From: Candidatus Bathyarchaeota archaeon
GTDB taxonomy: Archaea; Thermoproteota; Bathyarchaeia; Bathyarchaeales; Bathycorpusculaceae
DNA: 64,000 nucleotides
Assembly (NCBI GenBank): GCA_963717465.1
Contig: OY970340.1
Coordinates: forward strand, 2,208,001-2,272,000
Direction: 5' to 3'
Part shown: positions 1 to 9,440 of the stretch, piece by piece
Numbering within the stretch: the stretch's first letter is position 1
Layout of the letters: each line of letters starts with the position of its first letter
Notes under the pieces: generated by a model
Databases searched by the model: none
Told to the model about the DNA's origin: nothing
What the model saw: the letters and a program-made list of their open reading frames with translations, nothing else
Translations under genes and position numbers: made by a program

Positions 1-729
1 CTATTATCAGTAAACTTAGCTGCTACATTTGCAAAGCAAGGGAAAAAAGTTTGCGTTTTTGACTTAGATTTTAGAGCACCAAGCTTATTTTCTATCCTGA
101 AAGTTGAGAATGCTGAATGCTGGTTTAACGATTATTTAAACAACACCTGCAACATTAACAAGACACTTATCGACCTGAGCAGCCGCATCCCGGGAGGAGG
201 CCAATTCTTTACCGCACTAGCTAATCCTGCAACTGAAGCAATCCGAGATATGTCAGCAAAAGATCGAAAATGGGAAATGCGAGCGTTGGGACGTTTGTTA
301 TCCCTTAGAAACTCACTATTAAACGAACAACATTTCGACTACTTAGTGTTTGATACAAGCCCTGGTTTACAATACTCATCAATAAACGCATTAGTGGCAG
401 CCGACTTCGTAATTGTGGCAACAACAGGTGATAGATCAGACGTTGATGGAACAAAACGCATGCTACGCGAATTATACAACTTGTTCGAAAAGAAAACAGG
501 CTTAGTCTTCAACAAAGTTCTAGACGCATCCTCAAAAGCCAAAAGAGATGAAATGAATTTGAAAGTCAAAGAAGTCTACCAGGTGCCCTTACTCGGGATG
601 GTACCATGTTTCTGCGAAGTCTTGCGCGCTGAAGGAAACTTTATCTTTCCACAAGACAAACCTGACCACCCATTCACGAAGATTCTGGATGAAATTGCTA
701 AAAAAATCGAAAACAACGATGTAAACTAA
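1..729 (+). CDS. MinD/ParA-family P-loop ATPase (5'-truncated by window edge)
   Basis: Frame +1 is open from base 1: LLSVNLAATFAKQGKKVCVFDLDFRAPSL (post-Walker A and switch I region), then DYLVFDTSPG (Walker B) and GLVFNKV. Confidence 0.85.
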   Translation, partial: LLSVNLAATFAKQGKKVCVFDLDFRAPSLFSILKVENAECWFNDYLNNTCNINKTLIDLSSRIPGGGQFFTALANPATEAIRDMSAKDRKWEMRALGRLLSLRNSLLNEQHFDYLVFDTSPGLQYSSINALVAADFVIVATTGDRSDVDGTKRMLRELYNLFEKKTGLVFNKVLDASSKAKRDEMNLKVKEVYQVPLLGMVPCFCEVLRAEGNFIFPQDKPDHPFTKILDEIAKKIENNDVN

Positions 730-755
730 GCTTCTCCTAAGATTTCCGATTTTTT

Positions 756-778
756 GTATACAAAAGCATCAACGAAAC
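756..778 (+). promoter_or_regulatory. 23-bp dispersed motif, copy 1 (GTATACAAAAGCATCAACGAAAC)
   Basis: Intergenic between minD/parA and mobA. Overlaps the perfect palindrome TTTTGTATACAAAA (752-765). Confidence 0.7.
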
Positions 779-821
779 ACACAAAAACTTAAGAACTCTC
801 TTGAAACTAAGAATTTCAGGA

Positions 822-1451
822 ATGTTCGTGGAAAAATCAGCAATCATTATAACAAGCGGAACATCAAACAGCATTAGTCAAGACGGCCTGCTAGAACTCC
901 ATCATAAACCTCTAATTAATCATGTTTACGACGCAATTAAAACCCTTGTTGACGAAATAGTAATAGTCACAAAATCTAATGAAATAATAAAGAATTACAA
1001 GAAAAAAATACCAATAACAGCAAAGTTTGCAGTAAATGAATTCGACTCAAAAGGATTGTTAACTGATGCATTAACTGGTTTTAAAGCAGCACAAGGCAAG
1101 TATTCCTTACTTTTGTCTTATGATACGCCATTTGTTTCAAAAAAGGTTATCTCGCTACTTTTTGATTGCTGCATAGGTAAAACCGTGGCAATCCCCCGCT
1201 GGTCAATCGATAAAACCGAGCCATTACAAGCGGTGTACCAAACTAAACTGGTTCTTGAAGCCACAAATGAAGCTTTTGAGGCAGGAGAAACCGAATTAGA
1301 CGTAATAGTTGAACGACTCCGCGGCGTACGTTACATTTCCTCGCTCGTATTTGAGCAAATAGATCCGGAAATGCGCACGTTCTTTCGCATCAATACTCCG
1401 CAAGCTTTGAAAAAGGCCGAGTTAATGCTTACAAAGAAAAGTAAAAACTAA
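822..1451 (+). CDS. mobA: MobA-like NTP transferase (molybdenum cofactor guanylyltransferase family), degenerate N-terminal loop
   Basis: KPLINHV, LSYDTPF, EPLQAVY and FFRINTP motifs. ATG at 822 (ORF track starts at TTG 801). Confidence 0.75.
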   Translation: MFVEKSAIIITSGTSNSISQDGLLELHHKPLINHVYDAIKTLVDEIVIVTKSNEIIKNYKKKIPITAKFAVNEFDSKGLLTDALTGFKAAQGKYSLLLSYDTPFVSKKVISLLFDCCIGKTVAIPRWSIDKTEPLQAVYQTKLVLEATNEAFEAGETELDVIVERLRGVRYISSLVFEQIDPEMRTFFRINTPQALKKAELMLTKKSKN

Positions 1452-2127
1452 CTAAGAACAGTACCAAACGAACCTTGTTAGTCTATTTCTGAATCATTGA
1501 GTACTTCTCGTTACCTAACTTAATTGAAAAGCCTGATCCTATTTTTCGAATAGTAACGAACCTTATATAACCATTCAGACCGTTTTTTGAAAGCCAAAAA
1601 AATGCTTGAAAAACCAGTCAATTTTTAAATCGTTAAGTCTTATTTGACCAGGCGGCTAATATTACGCCTGTGTTTTGCTTGAAATCATCTTATTTGCTAT
1701 GAAATGACCAACTTTCTAGATCTGATTAGTGAAATTGCTGCTTTCGGCTTTTTTTCTCTATTCTCTTTTAAGGACTTACGTGTTTATTCTATTAAGAGCT
1801 AGTAAAATCGCTCTCAAAGCGCTTTTGAAAAGCTTTTTAATTTTTGTGCGTTCCGAAAATTTGTCGAATAGACATTTTTTACAGCTTTAATGTAAATATT
1901 AATAATATACGAATGCTATAAATACATTAATTTTTAAATAATGGCTTCAATTCTGATTTAAAAGATCGGCAATTTACGAAGTGCACAGATTTTCAAAGAA
2001 ATTGACTTTGTAGTCTGTAATGCAAATGAAATGATTGGAAACGTATTTCAATATGTAGCTGCGAAATATTTTTGTTTAGTGAAACGATGAGAGGCAGTAT
2101 CTTGCTTAGAAGAGAAGTTAAGAGGGT

Positions 2128-2150
2128 GTTTTGGCGATGCTTTTGTATAC
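2128..2150 (-). promoter_or_regulatory. 23-bp dispersed motif, copy 2 (GTATACAAAAGCATCGCCAAAAC)
   Basis: Reverse-complement match to copy 1, intergenic. Confidence 0.7.
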
Positions 2151-2220
2151 CAATAAAGCAGAGTTTTGCTCTTAACATTGATTTTTCAGTTTATTTTAAA
2201 TGTTTTAGCTTATTTTATAG

Positions 2221-2928
2221 GTGTGCTCATTGAATTTTGAGGTAAATTTGTTAACTTCAGTATTAAAATTAACCCAATCACAGAATGCTTTAATTAAAGA
2301 TGTTAAAAATGACTCGAAACTTCCCGTAAGCACTACAATGATATTGCTTGAAAAGTTGCAAAGTGAGGAAACTGTTTATATTGAAGGTGAAAGTGTTAAA
2401 ATAGATTCTAAGAATCGTCTCAAATTGGCAATTAAAGCGGTTTCCTTAGGCGCTGACATAGAGCGAATTAGCAAGCTGCTATCTTGGATTGAATTTGAAG
2501 ATATGGCTGTAATGGCTTTGGAGAACAATCATTTTTCAGTAGAGAAGAATGTTCGTTTTAAAAGTTCTGATCGCAGATGGGAAATCGATGCAGTTGGCTG
2601 CAAGAAACCCCTTGTCATTTGCATAGACTGCAAACATTGGCAACGCGCGATTTCTCCCTCTGTTAAGGCTCGAATCGTTAATGCCCAGACCAGCCGTGCT
2701 AAAGCTTTGTCTGAAGCTTCCCCAAACGCCTCTATCAAATTAGACTACCAAAAATGGACCTGTGCCAAGTTCATGCCTGCCGTACTATCTCTTATTCCAA
2801 GCAATTCCAAGTTTTATAATAACGTACCCATTGTTCCAATACTGCAATTTCAAGATTTCCTTGATCAACTGCCTGCTTACGTAGACATGCTAAAAATATT
2901 CTACAAAACTTTTAGCCACTTGGGGTGA
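2221..2928 (+). CDS. Mrr-like PD-(D/E)xK endonuclease with N-terminal winged-helix-like region
   Basis: WIEFEDMAVMALENNHFSV...EIDAVG...CIDCKHW matches the Mrr_cat-type catalytic pattern. Confidence 0.75.
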   Translation: MCSLNFEVNLLTSVLKLTQSQNALIKDVKNDSKLPVSTTMILLEKLQSEETVYIEGESVKIDSKNRLKLAIKAVSLGADIERISKLLSWIEFEDMAVMALENNHFSVEKNVRFKSSDRRWEIDAVGCKKPLVICIDCKHWQRAISPSVKARIVNAQTSRAKALSEASPNASIKLDYQKWTCAKFMPAVLSLIPSNSKFYNNVPIVPILQFQDFLDQLPAYVDMLKIFYKTFSHLG

Positions 2929-3048
2929 TCTTATTTTTTCTTAGAATTCTCCTGTAACTATAGAATCTCTTGTAAGTATCGAGTAGATAGAAGCTGCAAA
3001 GAAAAATTGTCTCCGTTGTCAAGCATAGGGAGTCTAGTAATAACTTTA

Positions 3049-4055
3049 GAAGTGTACACAATTAATTTTTTATCCTTTGAGTGCTAAATTAACTGTTGAG
3101 CAGGGCTGGGCTGGTACACTTAAACACTATTGGTTAGTATCTTAATGACAAAGGTGCCTAAAACCGTCAAATATTGTGTCAAACCCAGTACTTACTCACA
3201 GTTTTCAAGCTTTCTTCGCCAGCGATAAGCGCCCTTATCGTTTCAGCATCAAAACTTATCAAGCCAGCAATAACCATAGCCGCCTTCTTGACTAAGCCTC
3301 TTGGCCTAACCCAGCATTCATCCAAAACATTATCCTTGATATGCCCATTGAACTGCTTGAGAACATAACGTTTCTTCCTCAGAAGCATTCCAGATTCAAT
3401 TTTACAGCTTTTTCCGTTCTTGCGAGGATTATCAGCGATGACTGGCACTGCACCCATATCCCTGACAGCGTTAATATTACGCTTAGAGCAGTAGCCTGCA
3501 TCAGCCAAGACGTAATCAGCCTTCAAATCCCAAATCAACAGTGGAAGAAACGATCCATCATAACGATTGGTCGGCGTGACTAATGCTCGCAGTGGCAGTC
3601 CAAGCTGATTTACGGCGGCATGAAGTTTAAGGCCTTTGAACCTTCCTATGCCAGTGTGACCCCATCTTGCCTCCATATCATAGAGGTCAACGAGCGGCGT
3701 TGAATCAACGATGACAGCCTTTGTTGGCTCAATGAGCATGCATATCTGCAATGTTCACGAAAGTCTCCTCTAGAATGCTTAGGTAGCGCCTCCACTACCT
3801 TCCAATGGTGGTTCTATCTGGCATTTTGCATAATCCAAGCTTTCTTAACCGCAAAAAAATGCTTTTTCAAGTGCTCAACCAACCGCGTATCATTATCTAA
3901 TCCTTTCAATAGTGCTCTCACATACCCAAAACCAGGATTGCCAGCCTCTTTCGCTCAGCCGGAACTATCGCTTTATTGACTAAAAGCCTGACAAGCTTAC
4001 AGGCTTCCATAAAGACAAAAAAGCGCTAACTAGATTTTAAAATTATGCACACCTC
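3049..4055 (-). mobile_element. IS5-family-like insertion sequence, 1007 bp, decayed
   Basis: Imperfect 15-bp TIRs GAAGTGTACACAATT (3049-3063) and, read on the minus strand, GAGGTGTGCATAATT (4041-4055), 12/15 identical. TTA direct repeats at 3046-3048 and 4056-4058. Encloses a DDE transposase. Confidence 0.8.
3179..4010 (-). pseudogene. DDE transposase (DDE_Tnp_1, IS4/IS5-type) pseudogene
   Basis: VIVDSTP, GLKLHAAVN and LADAGY motifs. The N-terminal part (ATG 4010, PDRTTIGR*W) has frameshifts and an in-frame TAG. The expected third catalytic Glu reads Lys (RYVLKQFN). Confidence 0.85.
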
Positions 4056-4246
4056 TTATAACTTAATTAAGAATCAAAAAGCACTAACTGATAATCTGAT
4101 TGCTTTTTCGATAAATGATTTATTTTAAGAAATTAGGTTGAAATACTTATGATTTGAGCTAGCAAGTATGCAATTCAGTGACCATTTTTTTTAGTTAAGG
4201 ACCTGCGGGGTTAAAAAGTCGTTTTCCTTTAAGTTTTAGGGGAGTT

Positions 4247-4681
4247 TTAGGGGTAGCATGTTTCTATGTTTAGGTTTCCTCGGTCACGTTTGAGAATTCT
4301 GATTTTTTCTGGAATCTTATTCTTTTCCCAGTCTGTCCAACTAATTTCTTTAAACAGCCATCTTTTGCCTAGATGCGCTGCGACAACAGCATGTTTGTAC
4401 TTGTTGTCCGTTGGAATGAATTCATTTAAGAATCTGAAGAGTTTGTTTATTTGTTGGTTTGGGAAATATGCGTAATAAGTTACATTTTTAACTTCAAAAG
4501 CGTAGCTGTGCAATCCTTTGCGGGCAATGATGTCAGGCAATGGGTTGAGACTTGGATTGCTGACCGGTACTCGGACTGCGTTGTAACCTTTTTTCTGAAG
4601 AAGCTTTACGAGAACCGCTTCGCTATAGAAGCCTCTTTTGCGCCATCGGCGCAGTCTGACTTGGTCAAAGTCTTTACTCAT
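4247..4681 (-). CDS. hjc: Archaeal Holliday junction resolvase (Hjc/Hje family)
   Basis: KRGFYSE..L...L..KGY.AVR....S...LPDIIA......AFEVK signature. ATG at 4681 (TTG 4696 possible). Confidence 0.75.
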   Translation of the reverse strand: MSKDFDQVRLRRWRKRGFYSEAVLVKLLQKKGYNAVRVPVSNPSLNPLPDIIARKGLHSYAFEVKNVTYYAYFPNQQINKLFRFLNEFIPTDNKYKHAVVAAHLGKRWLFKEISWTDWEKNKIPEKIRILKRDRGNLNIETCYP

Positions 4682-4754
4682 AACATTGTGCTCCAATCAA
4701 ATTTGTTAGCATGAATTGAAATAAAAACTATTGTAAAAAAAGCCTCTGAACAGT

Positions 4755-4777
4755 GTTGCGTTGATGCTTTTGTATTC
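4755..4777 (-). promoter_or_regulatory. 23-bp dispersed motif, copy 3 (GAATACAAAAGCATCAACGCAAC)
   Basis: Same orientation as hjc; its 5' end is 96 bp upstream of ATG 4681. Confidence 0.65.
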
Positions 4778-5030
4778 AAATTTCAGCTGAGCAAGTCACT
4801 GGTGAAGTTAGGTGATGGAAAGCGCATTAGGTAATATCTACATAACTGAGCACACAAAAGTGGATAGATACTTCCATAACAGACACCAAATAATAGAGCC
4901 TTAGCCTACTCTAAGTGCTAATAAACTTTGCAAACGCTTGAAAATATCGATAAAAACAGCTTTTTCCCGAGCACTAAATATGGCCAATTGCCTGGTGAAG
5001 CAGGTCATGACATTGTTTGTTCGCCAAGTT

Positions 5031-5053
5031 GTATACGAAAGCATCGTCAAAGT
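5031..5053 (+). promoter_or_regulatory. 23-bp dispersed motif, copy 4 (GTATACGAAAGCATCGTCAAAGT)
   Basis: 14/15 match to the core GTATACAAAAGCATC, inside the ORF-free region. Confidence 0.6.
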
Positions 5054-6618
5054 CACAATTCAATTATAACTTTGCCTGCTGCTCCTAGGAAAACTTTGTA
5101 GTTAGCGGCAATTAAAGTGGCCAGCAGATCGCACTCACAGTGCATTACTCATCAGTTTGAGTGTGTCGAAAAAATATTTTCATCAGTTCACTAACGACAA
5201 AGATGCAATTTAAAGAAGCAAAGTTTGCACTAAACACTTAAGTGCATCAAAAAGCAGTCGAAAACCTCGAAGTACTTTCGAAAAATCAGGTCAGAGCTTC
5301 GAATGGAGATTTTCGGAGGTACTTATATGAGGCCACGATTATCTCCATGCCTTGTCTCTAGGCAAAGCACTAAAACGGCTAAATTGGGCCCATTTTGGCA
5401 TTTTACTCCCGAATCAAGCAGTTTAAATGTCAGCTTTGGTTCAAAAAACTAGGCGAGTTTTTAGGTGCAACCATTCGGATAAAAACAGGCTTAATGGAGC
5501 CTATTTATTCAAAAATATGACTAAAAACTGGATGTTTTGTCAAAAATGACTTAACTATAAACCGTAACATTCAGGTATTAAAATTACGCATTTTCTTTAA
5601 TTTTACATTAAGGAATCTTAATCCTAAAGTAGGTTGCAGTGAAGGCTAAGGTAAGGCTTTCCGCCGCTAGGGTGAGAACGCAAGATAAGACGCCTAAAAA
5701 TGGGATCTCTTCGAAACCTCAATGCCACAATTCAGAGCAGCGTTCTCAAATCACCCAAAAATGCTCCTAAGACAAAGATCACCAACCACGTTACACCTTG
5801 TAGAATAAACACCCAAAAGAAGAAAGATTGAGCTATCGAAAACGCAAATAAAAGCGTTGAAAAAGGTTTGGCTCATTTGAACAAGTCTTCGGGTTTGAGA
5901 GACCCTGTTGAAGGGCAGCATGGGAGTTTCACAGATATACTTTCAGAAGCAGATTCAGTATATCTCTGAGTACGTAGCCTGCGCGAAAGCAGTGCTAAGT
6001 TGCTTTGGCGGCAATTAAGAAGATCGCATTGTACATTTCAAAATCCAAACTCTGTGAAGATGGAGACAACCGTCAAAGTCATTAGCCGCAATTTTAGATT
6101 TAACGACAGATATGTTTGCTTATTATTGAAAGTGTAATTAATTACAATTCCTCCTCAACAACCGCTTGTCGTCTGAATTACCTTTCTTATTTGTGAAGCT
6201 ATCCTGCAGTTAACCTCCTCTCATTTTATCGAGGAGCACTTATGTTTGACCGTTTGCATCTTCGAAAAACGATTATTTAACGCTTTAACTGTTTTTACCG
6301 GCATTAGCATAAATGGCACCAAAACGGAAAACCGGTTGAAAAGCATATGTGACTTAAGTAAGGAAATCGATTCACCTATCATCAATTACTTAACAGTTTA
6401 ATCGCAGATCGCTCGGATAAGGATTAGGGAATAATTGAAAAGTCAGTGTAATACACGCTGGAAAGTTTAGGAGACTTCACTGTTGCTTGCGAGAAAATTA
6501 CGAGTTAAATGACGACTCAAGTAAGTTCTTAGGAGCTGTTTAGCAATCCAAAAAATAATGTGTATTTAATTTTAAAGTGATGAGTTTGTGCTTCAAAGAT
6601 ATGCTTTGTTTATTCACG

Positions 6619-6641
6619 GTATACAAAAGCATCAACAAAAC
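6619..6641 (+). promoter_or_regulatory. 23-bp dispersed motif, copy 5 (GTATACAAAAGCATCAACAAAAC)
   Basis: 22/23 identical to copy 1; its 5' end is 95 bp upstream of the yjbQ ATG. Confidence 0.7.
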
Positions 6642-6713
6642 AAAATTTCATTGTTCTTAGAAATCTTTTTCAACTTTGCCTATTACTTGTTATGTGTTTG
6701 AAGGGTTATAGCT

Positions 6714-7130
6714 ATGTCTTCTTTTAGAGTTATGAATAAGAAAATTAATTTTGATACGCAGGGTGAAATTGATTTTGTTGATTTGTCTGATCGTGTTCGA
6801 GAAGCGATTGTTGAGTCAGACGTTAGTAATGGAATAGTTCATGTTTTTGCTCCTCACGCGACGGGCATTCTTATTTTAACCGAAAATGATGATGCTTTGT
6901 TAAGCGATATCAAGAATTTTCTTGAAGGCTTGGCGCCGAAACATAAGTCATATCAGCATCCGTCTAACGCGCATGCTCATTTGCGTTCCATACTTTTTCC
7001 GCCTGATAAAACTCTGCCTATTATAAATGGTAGAGTCGAATTGGGCACTTGGCAGTCTTTAATTTTTGTGGAAACAGATGTTTATCCCAGGCGACGAACT
7101 GTAATTATCCAAGTAATCGGCGAAAAATAA
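6714..7130 (+). CDS. yjbQ: YjbQ/UPF0047 family protein
   Basis: PHATGILILTEN, YQHPSNAHAHLRS and LGTWQSLIFVETD motifs. Confidence 0.92.
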   Translation: MSSFRVMNKKINFDTQGEIDFVDLSDRVREAIVESDVSNGIVHVFAPHATGILILTENDDALLSDIKNFLEGLAPKHKSYQHPSNAHAHLRSILFPPDKTLPIINGRVELGTWQSLIFVETDVYPRRRTVIIQVIGEK

Positions 7131-7622
7131 TTTTCTTTTTATGATACTACTTTCAAGATCAGCTGAGTCTCTAATTTTGAATTTTAAGTTTATTCACTTT
7201 TAAAGCCTTCAAACTTCTATGACTTTCAAATTCAGTTCAGTTCTTTTGGCTTTGTTTCGTTTTTTCTTTTACTTTTATTCGTTTCGCGTATCGCGAAAAT
7301 TGATCAAGAGGGGCATTTTTTAAATATATCTGTAACTTTTCTTGATAATAGGCTATAGCTATTTAACAATTTAATGTAAATAATGTATGTTCGAATAAAT
7401 TTCGAAACTCCCTAAGGGAAAGAACTAACTGAAAGAGATTGAATTGAAGAGCGACTATCGCTAAAAAAGGCCGTAAATACCCATTTAATAACCGCCGGCA
7501 TGTCAATTTGACATGCAAAAACTCAATTGTCGACCCAATTAGAGCGAAAGACCAAGTTATTTGTAAGTTTTTAGCTTTAAAATCCATGATTATATATAAT
7601 TCGTTGTATTTCGAATAAAAAC

Positions 7623-8351
7623 TTATTTGTTGCGTTCGGAAGCAACGCGTTTAATAGATCCTTTTGGTCGCATCCTTGCTTTCTTTTTCAGAGCTACTTT
7701 TGTTGAAGGCTTCTCTGCAAGAAGATCAGATTCAGCTTCTCCAAGAGGCAGCCCTTCTGTATCATCAGGAAAATCATTTGAAACCGCTTGTTCAGCGCCG
7801 TATTGCATCATAAGTTTTACGGCGTTATCAACATCACTAGGCCTAGCGTTAATTCCTCTTATGGCATCCATGAGAACTACGACTTTGAATCCGAGTGTTA
7901 ATCCGTCTACAACTGTGTTTACAATACAATAGTCAGTTGCTACGCCGCAAATGAAAAAGCGCTCAACTTTGTCCTTTTGAAGCAATTCTGCAAGCGTCGT
8001 CCCGTCAAAAGCAGAGTAACTTTCTCTTTTTGGATCAGTTGCTTTAGAAACAATTACTGCATTAGGCGGCAATTTTAGGTCAGGATGAAGTTCTGCCCCA
8101 GACGTATTTTGGATACAATGATTGGGCCAAATTCCTCCTTGAGACTTGAAGGAAATATGATCCGCGGGATGCCAATCTCTGGAAGCATAAATATGCAATT
8201 TTGCAAGCTTGAACCGCCTTAAGTAATCGTTTATTATTGGAATAATTTGATTTCCTTGCGGAACTGGAAGTGAGCCACCTTTTAGAAAATCTTTCTGGAT
8301 ATCTGTTACTAACAACGCATCTGAATTGTTTATCGAATATGTTTTATGCAT
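7623..8351 (-). CDS. pncA: Nicotinamidase/pyrazinamidase (isochorismatase family)
   Basis: DIQKDF..GGSL, RDWHP..HISF, WPNHC, VSKA, YSAF and GVATDYC motifs. Confidence 0.92.
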   Translation of the reverse strand: MHKTYSINNSDALLVTDIQKDFLKGGSLPVPQGNQIIPIINDYLRRFKLAKLHIYASRDWHPADHISFKSQGGIWPNHCIQNTSGAELHPDLKLPPNAVIVSKATDPKRESYSAFDGTTLAELLQKDKVERFFICGVATDYCIVNTVVDGLTLGFKVVVLMDAIRGINARPSDVDNAVKLMMQYGAEQAVSNDFPDDTEGLPLGEAESDLLAEKPSTKVALKKKARMRPKGSIKRVASERNK

Positions 8352-8735
8352 AGGGTATCACTCAAAAACTCTAATTTGCATTTGTTGAAACTCGAACTAT
8401 GTAAGGATATGTTATTGGCACTCAATAAACTTTCTTAAAGAGAGCTTTTCGACTTTTATTTTCAATAAGTCATTGTTAGATTGGTTATCTTTAGAGTTTA
8501 AATCACCTTGACTGGTAGGGCTGAAGAAAGTGATTTTAAGCATATTTTGATTAGCTAACTTGAGAGCACTTTAACAGGTTAATCCGTTTGTTGCTGCGTT
8601 TTAATATTCAAAAAATTAAAGTTTAGATATTTTATCGTTAGTGTATTTTTGTTGTACTTCAAGACAGTTTATGATTAAATAAGTAATATTTATTAAGACT
8701 CAATATACTGATTTGTAATAATCAAAAAGAGGTCT

Positions 8736-9440
8736 ATGAGAGCGATAATCATGGAAAAGTGGCTCATTTTTGGAAAAATGAGGAACATAAGAAAAATCTG
8801 GATGACATTCCAAAAACCAGATATGAATAAGACAAAAGCAGAACCTACTGCTAAGTCAAATATCAACAAGGCTGGGAGTTACAAGGCTTTAGATGGCAAC
8901 AAAACAAGTATATTCAACAAGGCTGGGAGTTACAAGGTTTTAGATGGCAACAAAACAAGTATATCTGCTAAGGTTAAAAATCCAAGAATCACCAAAAGAT
9001 TGCTAATCGGTATAGCAACATTGGCGATAATTGCCGTTGCTTTGACCACGCTAACATCAGGTTTGTTGGCTGCTCAACAACCTATATCATCAAATGGCAA
9101 TATTCAAACCTCAGTAAACATCGGCGTCTATTCTAATTCAGCAGCCACGATAGTGTTATCAAGCCTTAGTTGGGGAACTGTAACGCCGGGTACAACTACA
9201 AATCAAACCATCTACATAAAAAACACAGGCAACGCAGCCGAAACACTTAACATGACAACTTCTGGCTGGAGTCCATCGTATGCAAGTTCATACTTAACCT
9301 TAAGTTGGAATCAAGAGGGAAGCGCCATAGCGTCAGGTTCTATTGTAAGCGCAACTATTACTCTTTCAGCAGCATCGAGTACAGGCAACTTGACTAGTTT
9401 TAGCTTCAACATAATTATAACAGGAACCCAACAAAGCTAA
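8736..9440 (+). CDS. Membrane-anchored or secreted single beta-sandwich surface protein
   Basis: Basic N-region, one hydrophobic helix (LLIGIATLAIIAVAL), then a Ser/Thr-rich beta domain (LSWG...IYIKNTGN...LTLSWN). GAGGT lies upstream of the ATG; the start is uncertain. Confidence 0.7.
   Translation: MRAIIMEKWLIFGKMRNIRKIWMTFQKPDMNKTKAEPTAKSNINKAGSYKALDGNKTSIFNKAGSYKVLDGNKTSISAKVKNPRITKRLLIGIATLAIIAVALTTLTSGLLAAQQPISSNGNIQTSVNIGVYSNSAATIVLSSLSWGTVTPGTTTNQTIYIKNTGNAAETLNMTTSGWSPSYASSYLTLSWNQEGSAIASGSIVSATITLSAASSTGNLTSFSFNIIITGTQQS
8863..8964 (+). repeat. 51-bp in-frame tandem duplication (NKAGSYKxLDGNKTSI x2)
   Basis: Units 8863-8913 and 8914-8964 differ at one base. Confidence 0.95.

Noticed and set aside
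1452..2220. Canonical replication origin with ORB elements
   Set aside because: AT-rich, but no ORB consensus with a G-string and no cdc6/orc1 in the window. Only the separate 23-bp motif is supported.
5640..6020. RNase P RNA, SRP RNA or tRNA
   Set aside because: Hallmark motifs (RNase P P4 strands, SRP helix 8, T-loop with cloverleaf) were not found on either strand.
6140..6259. Minus-strand short frame ending SGC-TGA-GG (selenoprotein-like)
   Set aside because: It needs two TGA read-throughs, has no recognisable family, and I saw no SECIS-like element. Likely chance.
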